Shown here piece by piece: positions 35,252 to 44,697 of a stretch of DNA of 64,000 nt. The stretch is from NCBI GenBank assembly GCA_036277095.1, contig DASUNP010000096.1, positions 46,655 through 110,654 on the forward strand, in the 5' to 3' direction. Every line of letters starts with the position of its first letter. Position 1 is the stretch's first letter. The notes below the pieces were generated by a model, which saw only the letters and a program-made list of their open reading frames with translations, made no database searches and had not been told where the DNA came from. The position numbers and the translations under genes were made by a program. The DNA comes from Blastocatellia bacterium. Its GTDB lineage: Bacteria; Acidobacteriota; Blastocatellia; UBA7656.

Positions 35252-36706
35252 TTACTCCAGGTCAACGGTCACGAATCTGAGCTGCTCGCGACTCTCTATT
35301 TGAAGCACGATCTGTTTTTCGCCTTTGACCTGTTCGAGCGCGCGCGTGAGGCTTTGAGCGCTCGTCACATCAATGCGATTGATCTTATGAATCACGTCGC
35401 CCGTTCTTATGCCCGCTTCGGCTGCGGGGCTGGCGGGCTGTACGCTTTGAACGATCGCGCCCGTGCCGATCTTCAGCTTGAGTTCGCTGGCCATCTCGGG
35501 CGTCACGGTTTGAACGCTGATGCCGAGCTTGCCCATGTCCTGCTCCGGCGAGCCGTCGTTTTCAGGGCTCGTCTCGTTCGGCCTCGGACGCTCGCCGAGC
35601 GTTACGGTCGTAGTCTGGACGCGGCCGTCGCGCACGAATTTGACCTGGACCGGTTTGCCGACCGGAAGATCGGACACGATCTCCGTCAAGTGACGGGCCG
35701 TCTTGACCGCCTTGCCGTCGACCTCTGTGATTATGTCGCCGCTACGCAACCCGGCCTTGGCTGCGGGGGTATCTCTGCCCGAAACGTCGTTGACAAGCGC
35801 GCCCCCTTCGCCGTTAAACCCGATGTTTCGCGCGAGCGTCGGATCGACGTCACGCGGATAAAGACCGAGGTATCCCCGCGTCACGCGGCCACTCTTGATG
35901 AGCTGGGCATAGACCTTCGAGGAGAGGTTCGAGGGTATGGCGAAGCCTATGCCTTCGTTGCCGCCCGTGCGCGAAAATATCATCGTGTTTATGCCTATGA
36001 CTTCGCCCTCCATGTTGACGAGCGGGCCGCCGGAATTGCCGGGGTTGATCGAAGCGTCAGTCTGTATAAAGTTCGTGAACTGCCCGGCCCCTGGAAGGTC
36101 GCGGCCAGTGGCGGAGACTATGCCCGCCGTCATCGTCTGCGACAGCCCGAACGGGCTCCCGAGCGCTATGACCCACTCGCCCTGCTCGACCTTTCCAGAA
36201 TCGCCGAGCTTGGCAAAGGGCAATCCCTGAAGATCGACCTTGATGACTGCCAGGTCCGTCTCCGGGTCAGTGCCGACGCGGTTGGCTTTCAACTCGCGGC
36301 CATCGGCGAGCTTCACGTTTATCTCGACGGCCTCGCCAACCACGTGATTGTTAGTAAGAATGTAACCGTCCGGGCTGATTATGACGCCCGAGCCCGTGCC
36401 TCGCGCGCGGCGCGGAGGCTGGTTGCCGAACTCCGGCATGCCAGGTATCTGCGGAAAGCCTTCAGGAAGCCGCGACACGCGACGGGCTTTTTCGACAACG
36501 TCGATGTTGACCACGGCGGGCTTGACCTGCTTGGCAACATTAATAAAGACGCGCGACAAATCAGAAGGCGAGGGCAACTGCGCTCGATTCTGCTGCGCGA
36601 AGACCGGGGCGCTCATTGCGACCGCAAGCGCCAGAGAAAAGACCATCGCGCGAGCGCGAATAAAACTCTTTCTGAAGCTTTTCATTTTCACATCCATTTT
36701 ATTCAT
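35252..36706 (-). CDS. htrA: Periplasmic serine endoprotease DegP/HtrA type with two PDZ domains
   Basis: 484 aa, RBS GGGAGG, signal peptide. Catalytic triad contexts TNNHVV, DLAVIKV, GNSGGPLVN. Two PDZ-like segments (LGLYPRDV.., LGISVQTV..). Confidence 0.9.
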   Translation of the reverse strand: MNKMDVKMKSFRKSFIRARAMVFSLALAVAMSAPVFAQQNRAQLPSPSDLSRVFINVAKQVKPAVVNIDVVEKARRVSRLPEGFPQIPGMPEFGNQPPRRARGTGSGVIISPDGYILTNNHVVGEAVEINVKLADGRELKANRVGTDPETDLAVIKVDLQGLPFAKLGDSGKVEQGEWVIALGSPFGLSQTMTAGIVSATGRDLPGAGQFTNFIQTDASINPGNSGGPLVNMEGEVIGINTMIFSRTGGNEGIGFAIPSNLSSKVYAQLIKSGRVTRGYLGLYPRDVDPTLARNIGFNGEGGALVNDVSGRDTPAAKAGLRSGDIITEVDGKAVKTARHLTEIVSDLPVGKPVQVKFVRDGRVQTTTVTLGERPRPNETSPENDGSPEQDMGKLGISVQTVTPEMASELKLKIGTGAIVQSVQPASPAAEAGIRTGDVIHKINRIDVTSAQSLTRALEQVKGEKQIVLQIESREQLRFVTVDLE

Positions 36707-36867
36707 CTACCTCCCTAGAACATCTCACGACGAGAGAGCAATCAAGTTCCTCATTTTATAGCTTACACCCAATAGATTTGAATCTGAAAGAACCGTAAGG
36801 GACATTGCTCGCCGTCATAGGCGCGACCGGGCCGGGCGATTTCGATGACCGCCCGGCCCACGTCACA

Positions 36868-37437
36868 TCAGTTACCGCGCTCGACGCGCAGGTTGTTCGT
36901 CACAGAAAAGACTCCAGGCACGCCGTTGGCAGCCATGTAGGCGAGCTGGCTATCCATCTTGCTCGACACAACACCCTCAAGCGTCACGTGGCCTCGATTG
37001 ACGATTATGTGAATCGAAGGATTCGCGCCCATCGCGTAGCGGTAAAGGCTGCCCGAGCGGAACACCGCACGGTACGTGCGGGCGCGAATTCTGTCGTCAT
37101 TCGGGGAAACCGGCAACACTTGAATATTGTTAACCACGCGCTCCACGCCTTCTATCTTCGCCACGCGCCGCTCGGCGTCCTTGCGCGTCGACGGGCGCGT
37201 CACCTGACCGGACAGGACCACGGTCTCGCCGCTAATCTCATACGCGAGATTATCGAACACGCCGTAGTAAGGGAGCGTGACAAGCTCCTTGCGAACCTGC
37301 TTGGCAAGGCGAGCCTCATAGGTCGCCTGATTCGACGAGGCGGGAGCAGCCACCGCCGCTCCGGCAGCAAGTATGAACGCTGCGAGAAGGGCGATTACTC
37401 TGTTTTTTATCTTACTCATTCTCTTTTGCACCTCCAA
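36868..37437 (-). CDS. Secreted tandem BON-domain protein (OsmY-like)
   Basis: 189 aa with signal peptide. YGVFDNLAYEISGETVVLSGQVTRPSTRKDAERRVAKIEGVERVVNNIQV and IHIIVNRGHVTLEGVVSSKMDSQLAYMAANGVPGVFSVTNNLRV. Confidence 0.8.
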   Translation of the reverse strand: MEVQKRMSKIKNRVIALLAAFILAAGAAVAAPASSNQATYEARLAKQVRKELVTLPYYGVFDNLAYEISGETVVLSGQVTRPSTRKDAERRVAKIEGVERVVNNIQVLPVSPNDDRIRARTYRAVFRSGSLYRYAMGANPSIHIIVNRGHVTLEGVVSSKMDSQLAYMAANGVPGVFSVTNNLRVERGN

Positions 37438-37511
37438 AATCTCTCTACCTTTCTACTCTCAACTATACGTTTTTTGCGCTCGGTTCGATTTCACTATTCG
37501 TGCTAGTCCTC

Positions 37512-38033
37512 TTATCTATCCGCCCCGGAAGCGCGCTTGCGGATTCGGCTATTAGAATTAGATGCCCTGCGAGGCTCTAACGCTGTCTCCGAATCAAGCT
37601 TCTCAAGGGCCGCGACCATTTTAGAGAGCGCCAGCGTGACGCTCGTCTGGTCCTCGTTATCAAGCTCGGCCATCGCGCCGCCGAAAATCGTATTGCGCCG
37701 CTCGCGGAACCTGTCTACGGCGCGGCGGCCTCTGCCCGTAAGCGCGACCAGCACGCTCCGGCGGTCGCCGTCTACCGCGCGCCGCTCGATCAACTGCTTG
37801 CGAGTCAGCCTGTCGGTAAGCTGAGTCACGGCCGGGGCCGATATCCTCAGCCTTACGGCAAGGTCGCCCGTGCAAAGCGGCCCCAGGCGTAATATCTTTA
37901 ACGCCTGCGCCTGCGGCATCGTCAGGTCCAGCTCATCGGCCTGCCTCCGGTGATGGTCCAGCATCAGCTTAAACATTATCTCCATGAACCTGTCAAAGAC
38001 CGCCTCTGCTTCCGCGCCGGATGCTTTCACCAT
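37512..38033 (-). CDS. MarR-family transcriptional regulator
   Basis: 173 aa. LTMPQAQALKILRLGPLCTGDLAVRLRISAPAVTQLTDRLTRKQLIERR..DRRSVLVALT is a winged HTH. Confidence 0.85.
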   Translation of the reverse strand: MVKASGAEAEAVFDRFMEIMFKLMLDHHRRQADELDLTMPQAQALKILRLGPLCTGDLAVRLRISAPAVTQLTDRLTRKQLIERRAVDGDRRSVLVALTGRGRRAVDRFRERRNTIFGGAMAELDNEDQTSVTLALSKMVAALEKLDSETALEPRRASNSNSRIRKRASGADR

Positions 38034-38053
38034 CCACCCTCCAATTAAGCTGA

Positions 38054-38076
38054 ATTAATATTTAAGCAGTATTAAT
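38054..38076. promoter_or_regulatory. Candidate MarR operator (AT-rich inverted repeat) overlapping a -10-like TATAAT on the minus strand
   Basis: ATTAATA-(9 nt)-TATTAAT, 20-40 nt upstream of the marR start. The minus strand reads gatatataattaat. Confidence 0.35.
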
Positions 38077-38144
38077 TATATATCAATGGCCGGTTTCGGT
38101 CAAGCAGGCCATCCTTGCCGTAAGGCTGAGGATTCTTAGAAGTG

Positions 38145-38735
38145 TTAACCGCCGTTCTCTTCAATTGAGGCTTCCGGCCCTCGCGAGGCGATTCTCTGGC
38201 GGAGACTTCTGAGCCGGTCCCGCTCCTGCTCAAGGTCTGCGAGTGCAATTTCGCGCTCTCTGCGCTCCTCGCGCAGTTGCTCGACCTCGCGGCGAGTCGC
38301 CAGCTTCCGCTGCACCCTTTTTGCGCCCAACAGAACGACCGCCAGAAGCGCCAGGTAAAAGAGCCACTCTCCGAAAAGTGGGCGGGCGACGGTCATAAAG
38401 AATGCGATGACGAGCAGGGACAGTGTGAATACGCCGAACACGGCGCAACCCATTTGAAGCGGCGCGCCCTGCTCTTTGCTCCTTATCACCTCGACCTGCC
38501 CGCTCAGGTCTTCGATCACTTCGTCAAGCTCAACGAGCCTCGCTTCAAGCTCGCTGAACCCCGAGCGGAGCGAACGGCTGTCGTCGTCCGGCTTGATGGC
38601 GACAAGGTTGATCGCCCCCTTGTACTGGCGCACCTGGTAAGCCGCTCCGCACGCGGCGCAAATCACGTTGTCGAAATCTCGCGGGAATTCCAGCGCGCCG
38701 CCGCACTCTCCACAGGTTGTCTTTACGATTTCCAT
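38145..38735 (-). CDS. Zinc-ribbon / two-TM / coiled-coil protein, unknown function
   Basis: 196 aa. CGECGG..(15)..CAACG is a four-Cys ribbon. Hydrophobic MGCAVFGVFTLSLLVIAFFM and WLFYLALLAVVLLG. C-terminal EQLREERREREIALADLEQERDRLRSL. Confidence 0.55.
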   Translation of the reverse strand: MEIVKTTCGECGGALEFPRDFDNVICAACGAAYQVRQYKGAINLVAIKPDDDSRSLRSGFSELEARLVELDEVIEDLSGQVEVIRSKEQGAPLQMGCAVFGVFTLSLLVIAFFMTVARPLFGEWLFYLALLAVVLLGAKRVQRKLATRREVEQLREERREREIALADLEQERDRLRSLRQRIASRGPEASIEENGG

Positions 38736-38887
38736 CTCTTCTCAAAATACTATTGCCGGAATTTCGGTTTTCTTCAACTACCGGCTGCTGCTCGCCTAAC
38801 TTTTAATGTCTCCGGCGTTGTTGTATAGTTTTTCATTCAACCGATAAGCGATATTGAATTCATGCAGCCGGGGGACGAATCACGAGA

Positions 38888-40288
38888 ATGACCGACATCG
38901 ATACGATAACGAGCCTCGCCAAGCGGCGCGGCTTTGCTTTTCAATCGAGCGAAGTTTATGGCGGGCTCGGGAGCGTCTGGGACTACGGTCCGCTCGGCGT
39001 AGAGCTCGTCAACAACGTCAAGCGCGCGTGGTGGCGCGCCGTAGTCTACGAGCGCGACGATATGGTGGGGCTCGACGCAGGGATACTGATGAACAGGTTG
39101 GTGTGGAAGTATTCGGGCCACGAAGAGACTTTCTCCGACCCGCTAGTCGATTGCCGCAAATGTAAATCCCGGCTGCGCGCCGACAAGATTGAAGGCGACA
39201 AATGCCCCGCGTGCGGCTCGACTGACCTAACCGAGCCGCGCCAGTTCAACCTGATGTTTCGCACGACGGTCGGCCCTGTCGAAGACGAGTCGGGGCTGGC
39301 CTACCTGCGGCCCGAGACGGCGCAGGGCATCTTCGTCAATTTCAAGAATGTGCTCGACACTACGAATCGAAAGCTGCCGTTCGGCATCGCGCAGGTAGGC
39401 AAGGCGTTTCGCAACGAGATCACCCCGGGCAACTTCATCTTCCGCACGCGCGAGTTCGAGCAGATGGAGATCGAATACTTCGTAAAGCCGCCCCACATAC
39501 TCAAGCCGGGCGAGACGAACGACGAAGAGTGGCACGAGCGGTGGATCGAGGATCGCTTTAGCTGGTACACGTCGCTCGGCATACGCGCCGAGAATCTGCG
39601 AAAGTACGAACAGCCGCGCGCTGAACTCGCGCACTACGCCAAGCGCACGGTCGATATTCAATACCGCTTCTTCCCCGAGCGCGAGGACGAAGAGAAGCAG
39701 TGGGACGAGCTTGAGGGCATAGCGAACCGGACAGACTTTGATCTGAAGTCTCATTCGAAGAAACCCACGAACGAAGAGGGCAAGCGATTAAACGCGGATT
39801 CGACGACCGACCTTACTTATTTCGATCACGAATCGAATCAGCATGTCTACCCTTACGTCATAGAGCCTTCGGCGGGCGTGGCGCGCTCGGTCCTGGCCTT
39901 CTTGATGGACGCCTACGCGGAAGAGGAGGTCGGCGCGGAAAAGCGCGTGGTCTTGAAGCTCCACCGCGACCTTGCGCCGATCAAAGTGGCCGTGCTTCCG
40001 CTTGCGAAGAACAAAGAGGGAATCGTGCGGCTCGCCAAAGATATCAAATCCCGCTTGCAGCGCACGGGCGCTATGCGCGCCGTCTACGACGACACGGCGG
40101 GCATAGGCAAGCTCTACCGCCGTCAGGACGAGGTCGGAACTCCGCTGTGCATAACCGTAGACCACCAGTCGCTTGAAGACAATCAAGTGACTATACGCGA
40201 CCGCGACACCATGCAGCAGGAGCGCGTCGCGATTGACACGATCGAGAAGACGATCGGCGGTAAGCTGGGGCTGACCGTTAGCCTGTAA
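38888..40288 (+). CDS. glyQS: Glycine--tRNA ligase (alpha2 dimeric type)
   Basis: 466 aa. [68 protein letters not shown]. Confidence 0.95.
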   Translation: MTDIDTITSLAKRRGFAFQSSEVYGGLGSVWDYGPLGVELVNNVKRAWWRAVVYERDDMVGLDAGILMNRLVWKYSGHEETFSDPLVDCRKCKSRLRADKIEGDKCPACGSTDLTEPRQFNLMFRTTVGPVEDESGLAYLRPETAQGIFVNFKNVLDTTNRKLPFGIAQVGKAFRNEITPGNFIFRTREFEQMEIEYFVKPPHILKPGETNDEEWHERWIEDRFSWYTSLGIRAENLRKYEQPRAELAHYAKRTVDIQYRFFPEREDEEKQWDELEGIANRTDFDLKSHSKKPTNEEGKRLNADSTTDLTYFDHESNQHVYPYVIEPSAGVARSVLAFLMDAYAEEEVGAEKRVVLKLHRDLAPIKVAVLPLAKNKEGIVRLAKDIKSRLQRTGAMRAVYDDTAGIGKLYRRQDEVGTPLCITVDHQSLEDNQVTIRDRDTMQQERVAIDTIEKTIGGKLGLTVSL

Positions 40289-40365
40289 CAGATAACCGTG
40301 AAACAGGCTGCTGGAGCCCGTTTCAGCCATCATGCCATCAGACTAATCGAAAGGAGATTTTGTGA

Positions 40366-40836
40366 ATGAAAGCTCTGAAGACAGGGTTGGTAATTGCAGT
40401 AACAGTTTTATTCTATATCGCCTGTAGCTCTCCTGAGACCACGAACCAGAATGCGAGCCAGCCCGCGCCGGTTCAACCCTCGACCGCTAACGCAAACTCA
40501 ACCGCTGCGCCCGCTCCGGACGGGGCGAACCCGTATCAGGGGAATGCGAATACCGCGTCCAAGCCTATCAATAAAGCCGACCCGGTCGTGGGAGTTGATG
40601 CGGTCGCTTTGTTCGATAAGCACAAGTGCGCCCTCTGCCACGGCGCAGACGGCAAAGGCAAGGCCAAAGGGTCGCCCGACTTTACGAACGCCGAATGGCA
40701 GGCCAAAGAGAGCAATGACGAGTTGATCAAACAGATCAAAGAAGGCGAGCCGCCGAAGATGCCCGCCTATAAGGATAAACTTAGCGACATCGAGATCAAG
40801 GCCCTCGTCGGCCACATCCGCTCTTTTGCGAAATAA
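40366..40836 (+). CDS. Small c-type cytochrome, probable lipoprotein
   Basis: 156 aa. Signal ending FYIAC. Low-complexity linker, then single haem site KCALCHG and a downstream Met region (PKMPAY). Confidence 0.75.
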   Translation: MKALKTGLVIAVTVLFYIACSSPETTNQNASQPAPVQPSTANANSTAAPAPDGANPYQGNANTASKPINKADPVVGVDAVALFDKHKCALCHGADGKGKAKGSPDFTNAEWQAKESNDELIKQIKEGEPPKMPAYKDKLSDIEIKALVGHIRSFAK

Positions 40837-40840
40837 CAAA

Positions 40841-40949
40841 GGCAGGGATCGGGGGTCAGGGGCCAGGGGTCAGGGATGTGTAATCTCAGATATCAGATTC
40901 TATACTTCAACTTATCTTTTTCCCCGACCCCCGGCCCCTGACCCCCGAC
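40841..40949. repeat. Composite hairpin element (G-rich heptamer arm / AT core / C-rich arm) ending 6 nt before the next ATG
   Basis: ggcagggatcgggggtcaggggccaggggtcaggga ... tccccgacccccggcccctgacccccgac. 27 of 30 positions pair, including a 16-bp perfect run. The 3 mismatches are all A (left arm) against C (right arm). Confidence 0.75.
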
Positions 40950-40955
40950 ACCTGT

Positions 40956-42284
40956 ATGAACCGGGCAGCGTTGACGATTTGCGAAGCAGTACGCGCGGCA
41001 GGCGGCAGGGCGATGCTCGTCGGCGGGTGGGTGCGCGATTACTTGTTCAGCATAGAGTCGAAAGACTTTGACATAGAGGTCTACGGCATCGAGCCCGAAA
41101 GGCTTCGCGCGCTGCTTGAAGAGATCGGCCCCGTCAACGCCGTAGGCGGGCAATTCGCGGTTTACAAGCTCGCATTTTACGACCCCACTTCAGATCGGGT
41201 TGAGATAGACGTTTCAATCCCGAGGCGCGAGTCGAAATCCGGGCGCGGCCATCGCGGGTTCACGATAGAAGGCGACCCGCAAATGTCGTTTGAAGAGGCG
41301 GCGCGCCGACGCGACTTCACCGTTAATGCCATTCTCTTCGACCCGCTGACCGACGAGATAATAGACCCGTTCGGCGGCGCAGCCGACTTGAGGGCGCGGC
41401 TTCTGCGAGCCGTTGCCGACGACACGTTCGTCGAAGACAGCCTGCGTGTGTTGCGCGCAGTTCAACTCGCAGCCCGTTTCGAGATGTCGGTCGAGCCGCG
41501 CACGGCAGAACTGTGCAGGTCCATAGACCTGGCGGACCTTCCCTACGAGCGCATCTGGGGCGAGATAGAAAAACTCTTAACAATGGCCGCGCGCCCCTCG
41601 ATCGGTCTTCAAGTCGCGCTCGAACTGGGCGTGCTCGATAAGCTCTTTCCCGAAATCGCAGCTCTCGCGGGCCGCCCGCAGGACCCTGAATGGCACCCCG
41701 AAGGCAACGTCTTCATTCATATGAAACTCGCTATGGACGAAGCCGTCCGCCTGGTAGACGACCTGCCGAAAGAGCAGCGCATAACGGTTATGCTCGCCGT
41801 CTTGTGTCACGACCTGGGGATTGAGCCTGCGCGAGAGGTATTGAGACGGCTAGGGCTTTACACGCTTTCGGGTTACGACGTTCGGTCGCAGGTGCTCTCA
41901 ATTGTGCGCGAGCACTTGAGGCCCGCGCAGTTTTATGATGACCGCGAGCGCGTCACGGACGGGACATTTCGAAGGATCGCGCGCAAAGTCGATCTGGACT
42001 TGCTCTATCGCGCGGCTAAGGCCGACGCTCTCGGGCGCGGCCCCGCGTCGTCTTCAGTAAAGCAAGACTGGTTCATCGAAAAGGCGCAGGCCCTGGGCGT
42101 CGAGCACGGCGCGCCCGAACCTATACTTAAAGGCCGCCACCTGATCGAAGCGGGCTTCACGCCGGGCCCTCGGATGGGCGAGATACTCCGTAAGGTTTAT
42201 GAACTGCAATTAGACGACGAGGTTGCTGACCTCGAACAGGCCCTGGCTGCCGCGCGCCGTCTCGCCTCGATCCTGCGCGAGTGA
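40956..42284 (+). CDS. CCA-adding enzyme / tRNA nucleotidyltransferase family with HD-type C-terminal domain
   Basis: 442 aa. GGRAMLVGGWVRD head motif, DFDIEVYG, RRDFTVNA. Later an HD-like LCHDLG. Confidence 0.8.
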   Translation: MNRAALTICEAVRAAGGRAMLVGGWVRDYLFSIESKDFDIEVYGIEPERLRALLEEIGPVNAVGGQFAVYKLAFYDPTSDRVEIDVSIPRRESKSGRGHRGFTIEGDPQMSFEEAARRRDFTVNAILFDPLTDEIIDPFGGAADLRARLLRAVADDTFVEDSLRVLRAVQLAARFEMSVEPRTAELCRSIDLADLPYERIWGEIEKLLTMAARPSIGLQVALELGVLDKLFPEIAALAGRPQDPEWHPEGNVFIHMKLAMDEAVRLVDDLPKEQRITVMLAVLCHDLGIEPAREVLRRLGLYTLSGYDVRSQVLSIVREHLRPAQFYDDRERVTDGTFRRIARKVDLDLLYRAAKADALGRGPASSSVKQDWFIEKAQALGVEHGAPEPILKGRHLIEAGFTPGPRMGEILRKVYELQLDDEVADLEQALAAARRLASILRE

Positions 42285-42309
42285 ATCCCGCGCAACTCGA
42301 TCTTTATCG

Positions 42310-42337
42310 TTGACAACCACCCTCTTTAAACTATATT
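42310..42337 (+). promoter_or_regulatory. Sigma70-like promoter of feoAB
   Basis: TTGACA (42310-42315), 16 nt spacer, TATATT (42332-42337). Confidence 0.55.
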
Positions 42338-42343
42338 CTTCGG

Positions 42344-42380
42344 TCAAGGCAAATTGAAAGTCGTTTTCAATTTGCCTTGA
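42344..42380. promoter_or_regulatory. Perfect 16-bp inverted repeat immediately downstream of the -10; candidate metalloregulator operator
   Basis: TCAAGGCAAATTGAAA-gtcgt-TTTCAATTTGCCTTGA. Confidence 0.5.
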
Positions 42381-42415
42381 TCTTGTCTGACAGGTTTATG
42401 TTTAAGAGGTAGCGT

Positions 42416-42634
42416 ATGAGTCTGCTGGATGCGCCGATGAACGAGTGGCGTCGAATCGACCGGCTCGAAGGGCCTGCGGAAGAATGTCGTCGTCTGCTCG
42501 ACCTGGGGCTGACGCCGGGCGAAGAGATGGCCGTCGTGCAATCGGTCCCGTTGGGCGACCCGCTCGTGGTCGTAGTGCGCGGGATGCGCCTCGCCCTCAG
42601 GCGGCGCGAAGCCGCCTGGATACAGGTTCAATAA
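42416..42634 (+). CDS. feoA: Ferrous iron transport protein A
   Basis: 72 aa. LLDLGLTPGEEMAVVQSVPLGDPLVVVVRGMRLALRRREAAWIQV is the FeoA SH3-like pattern. Confidence 0.85.
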   Translation: MSLLDAPMNEWRRIDRLEGPAEECRRLLDLGLTPGEEMAVVQSVPLGDPLVVVVRGMRLALRRREAAWIQVQ

Positions 42635-44632
42635 GTGGACATAGGTTCTGTAAAGGTGGCCCCTCCCGAAGCAATCTCCGCGCCGGAAAAAGAACCGGAA
42701 CATCAGAACGAATCGCGCGCTTTAACGGTCTGTCTGGCGGGCGTCCCGAATGCCGGGAAGACTGCGCTGATGAACGCGCTGACGGGCGGCAGTTTTCACA
42801 CGGCCAATTATCCCGGCGTCACCGTGACGCTTTCGCGCGGCAAGAGTCGTGCGGAGTTTGGCCCCACACTTACGCTCGTAGATTTGCCCGGCGTACACAG
42901 CCCCGTCGCGCCTTCGCCCGAAGAGGAGCTTTCCTGCCGCGTCCTCGAAGGCCATCACCCGTCAATCCAACCCGACGCGATAATAGTCGTAGTCGACGCG
43001 ACTCAACTGGAACGCCATCTGAAGTTCGCCTCTTTCGTGGCACGCTGCGGCAAGCCCGTAGTCATTGCGCTGACCATGATCGATCTGCTCGCGCGCACGA
43101 ACCAATCGGTCAACGCCCGCCGTCTGGCCGACGTGCTGAAAGTCCCGGTCGTGCCCGTAGACGGGCGGACTTCGTGGGGCGTGGCGGAGTTGATCCAACA
43201 GCTCCGCCTTCGTGTTGAACGGCCAGCGGCCGTGTACAATGTTCTCGCCGACCTGCCCGAAGATCCGGTCGAGGCTTATCGCAGCATACGCGTTCTTTTA
43301 GACAAAGGCGGCGTCGTAAAGCAAACGAAGCCGCTGCTTGTGGCAACAGATTCCCGCACGGCGCGCATCGACCGCCTGGTCTTGCACCGCTACCTGGGCT
43401 TTCCGATCTTTTTCGCCATACTCGGAGGGCTGTTCGCAGCCATATTCTGGGCCGCCCAGCCGTTCATGGATTTAATTGACTGGGGTTTTACTCAGGCAGG
43501 CGCGGGCGCGCTCAAGGTGCTGCCCGAAGGCGTGCTGTCGCGCTTTGTCGCGGAAGGCATCATCGGCGGGGTCGGGTCGGTAGCGGTATTCTTTCCTCAA
43601 ATCGTCATACTATTTTTTCTCATGACGCTGCTCGAAGATTCGGGCTACCTCGCGCGCGGCGCGGCGCTCGTCGATAAACCACTCTCGCACCTCGGGCTGC
43701 ATGGCCGATCATTCGTCCCAATGCTTTCGGGCTACGCCTGCGCCATCCCCGCTGTGCTGGCCGCCCGCACGATCCCGCAAAAGCGAGAGCGGCTGCTTAC
43801 GATCTGGATCATCCCGCTTATGAGTTGCAGCGCGCGATTGCCGGTCTACGCGCTGCTGCTGGCCGCGCTGCTGCCGGGCGCGCCCGGCAAGGCGGGCCTA
43901 GCGCTTGCGGCCATCTACGTCGCGAGTTTGCTTGCGGGCGCGCTTACGGCGGGGCTGATAAGCCGGTTCATGCTCGGCAAGCGGTCAAGCTCTATGCTCG
44001 CGATGGAGATGCCCGTCTACCGCACGCCGCTGATTAAACCTACGCTTAGGATGACCTGGACACGGTCGGCGGCGTATCTGAAGAAAGCTGCCGCGCCCAT
44101 CATAATAATCTCGGCCTGTTTGTGGCTGCTCTCAAATTTCGGCCTGGGAGCGTGGCAGCCTGCGGCGGTTGAAGGTCAGTCTGCTCCTTTGATTGCCCAG
44201 AGCGAGCTTGATCACTCGTTCGCGGCAGAGCTCGGGCAGACGATGGAGCCCGCGCTCAAGCCTATGGGCGTAGACTGGCGCGTGGGCGTAGGGCTCATCG
44301 CGGCCTTCGCGGCGCGGGAAGTATTCGTTAGCACGATGGCGATCGTTTTTCACGTGGCCGATGACGAAGAGACCAGACAAGAAGGGCTGCTCGAAAGCAT
44401 GCGCGCCGCCACGTTTGAAGACAGCGCCCAGAAGGTCTTTACCACATCGAGCGTCATCGGGTTGATGGTCTTCTTCTTCTTTTCGCTGCAATGCCTTTCG
44501 ACCGTCTCGGTCGTCCGCAGCGAGACCGGCTCCTGGCGCATGGCAGGGCTCCAACTTCTTTTCTACACAGGTCTCGGATACCTCCTCTCCACGGCCACTG
44601 TACAGGGCTTGCGCCTGTTAGGCGTCGACTGA
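42635..44632 (+). CDS. feoB: Ferrous iron transporter B
   Basis: GTG start directly after the feoA stop. G1 GVPNAGKTALMNALTG, G3 DLPG, then a multi-TM permease domain. Confidence 0.92.
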   Translation: MDIGSVKVAPPEAISAPEKEPEHQNESRALTVCLAGVPNAGKTALMNALTGGSFHTANYPGVTVTLSRGKSRAEFGPTLTLVDLPGVHSPVAPSPEEELSCRVLEGHHPSIQPDAIIVVVDATQLERHLKFASFVARCGKPVVIALTMIDLLARTNQSVNARRLADVLKVPVVPVDGRTSWGVAELIQQLRLRVERPAAVYNVLADLPEDPVEAYRSIRVLLDKGGVVKQTKPLLVATDSRTARIDRLVLHRYLGFPIFFAILGGLFAAIFWAAQPFMDLIDWGFTQAGAGALKVLPEGVLSRFVAEGIIGGVGSVAVFFPQIVILFFLMTLLEDSGYLARGAALVDKPLSHLGLHGRSFVPMLSGYACAIPAVLAARTIPQKRERLLTIWIIPLMSCSARLPVYALLLAALLPGAPGKAGLALAAIYVASLLAGALTAGLISRFMLGKRSSSMLAMEMPVYRTPLIKPTLRMTWTRSAAYLKKAAAPIIIISACLWLLSNFGLGAWQPAAVEGQSAPLIAQSELDHSFAAELGQTMEPALKPMGVDWRVGVGLIAAFAAREVFVSTMAIVFHVADDEETRQEGLLESMRAATFEDSAQKVFTTSSVIGLMVFFFFSLQCLSTVSVVRSETGSWRMAGLQLLFYTGLGYLLSTATVQGLRLLGVD

Positions 44633-44642
44633 GAGCGCGCCT

Positions 44643-44671
44643 TTGACACCCGCCCCGTCAAGGTCTAACAT
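44643..44671 (+). promoter_or_regulatory. Sigma70-like promoter
   Basis: TTGACA (44643-44648), 17 nt spacer, TAACAT (44666-44671). Confidence 0.4.
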
Positions 44672-44697
44672 TGCTCCAAACAGGGGATTAAACGACT

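Noticed and set aside
35102-36718. 538-aa plus-strand ORF
   Set aside because: Antisense shadow of htrA (GNSGGPL and PDZ domains on the minus strand).
42445-43218. 257-aa plus-strand ORF overlapping feoA/feoB in another frame
   Set aside because: Arg-rich out-of-frame shadow. The feoA and feoB frames carry the family motifs.
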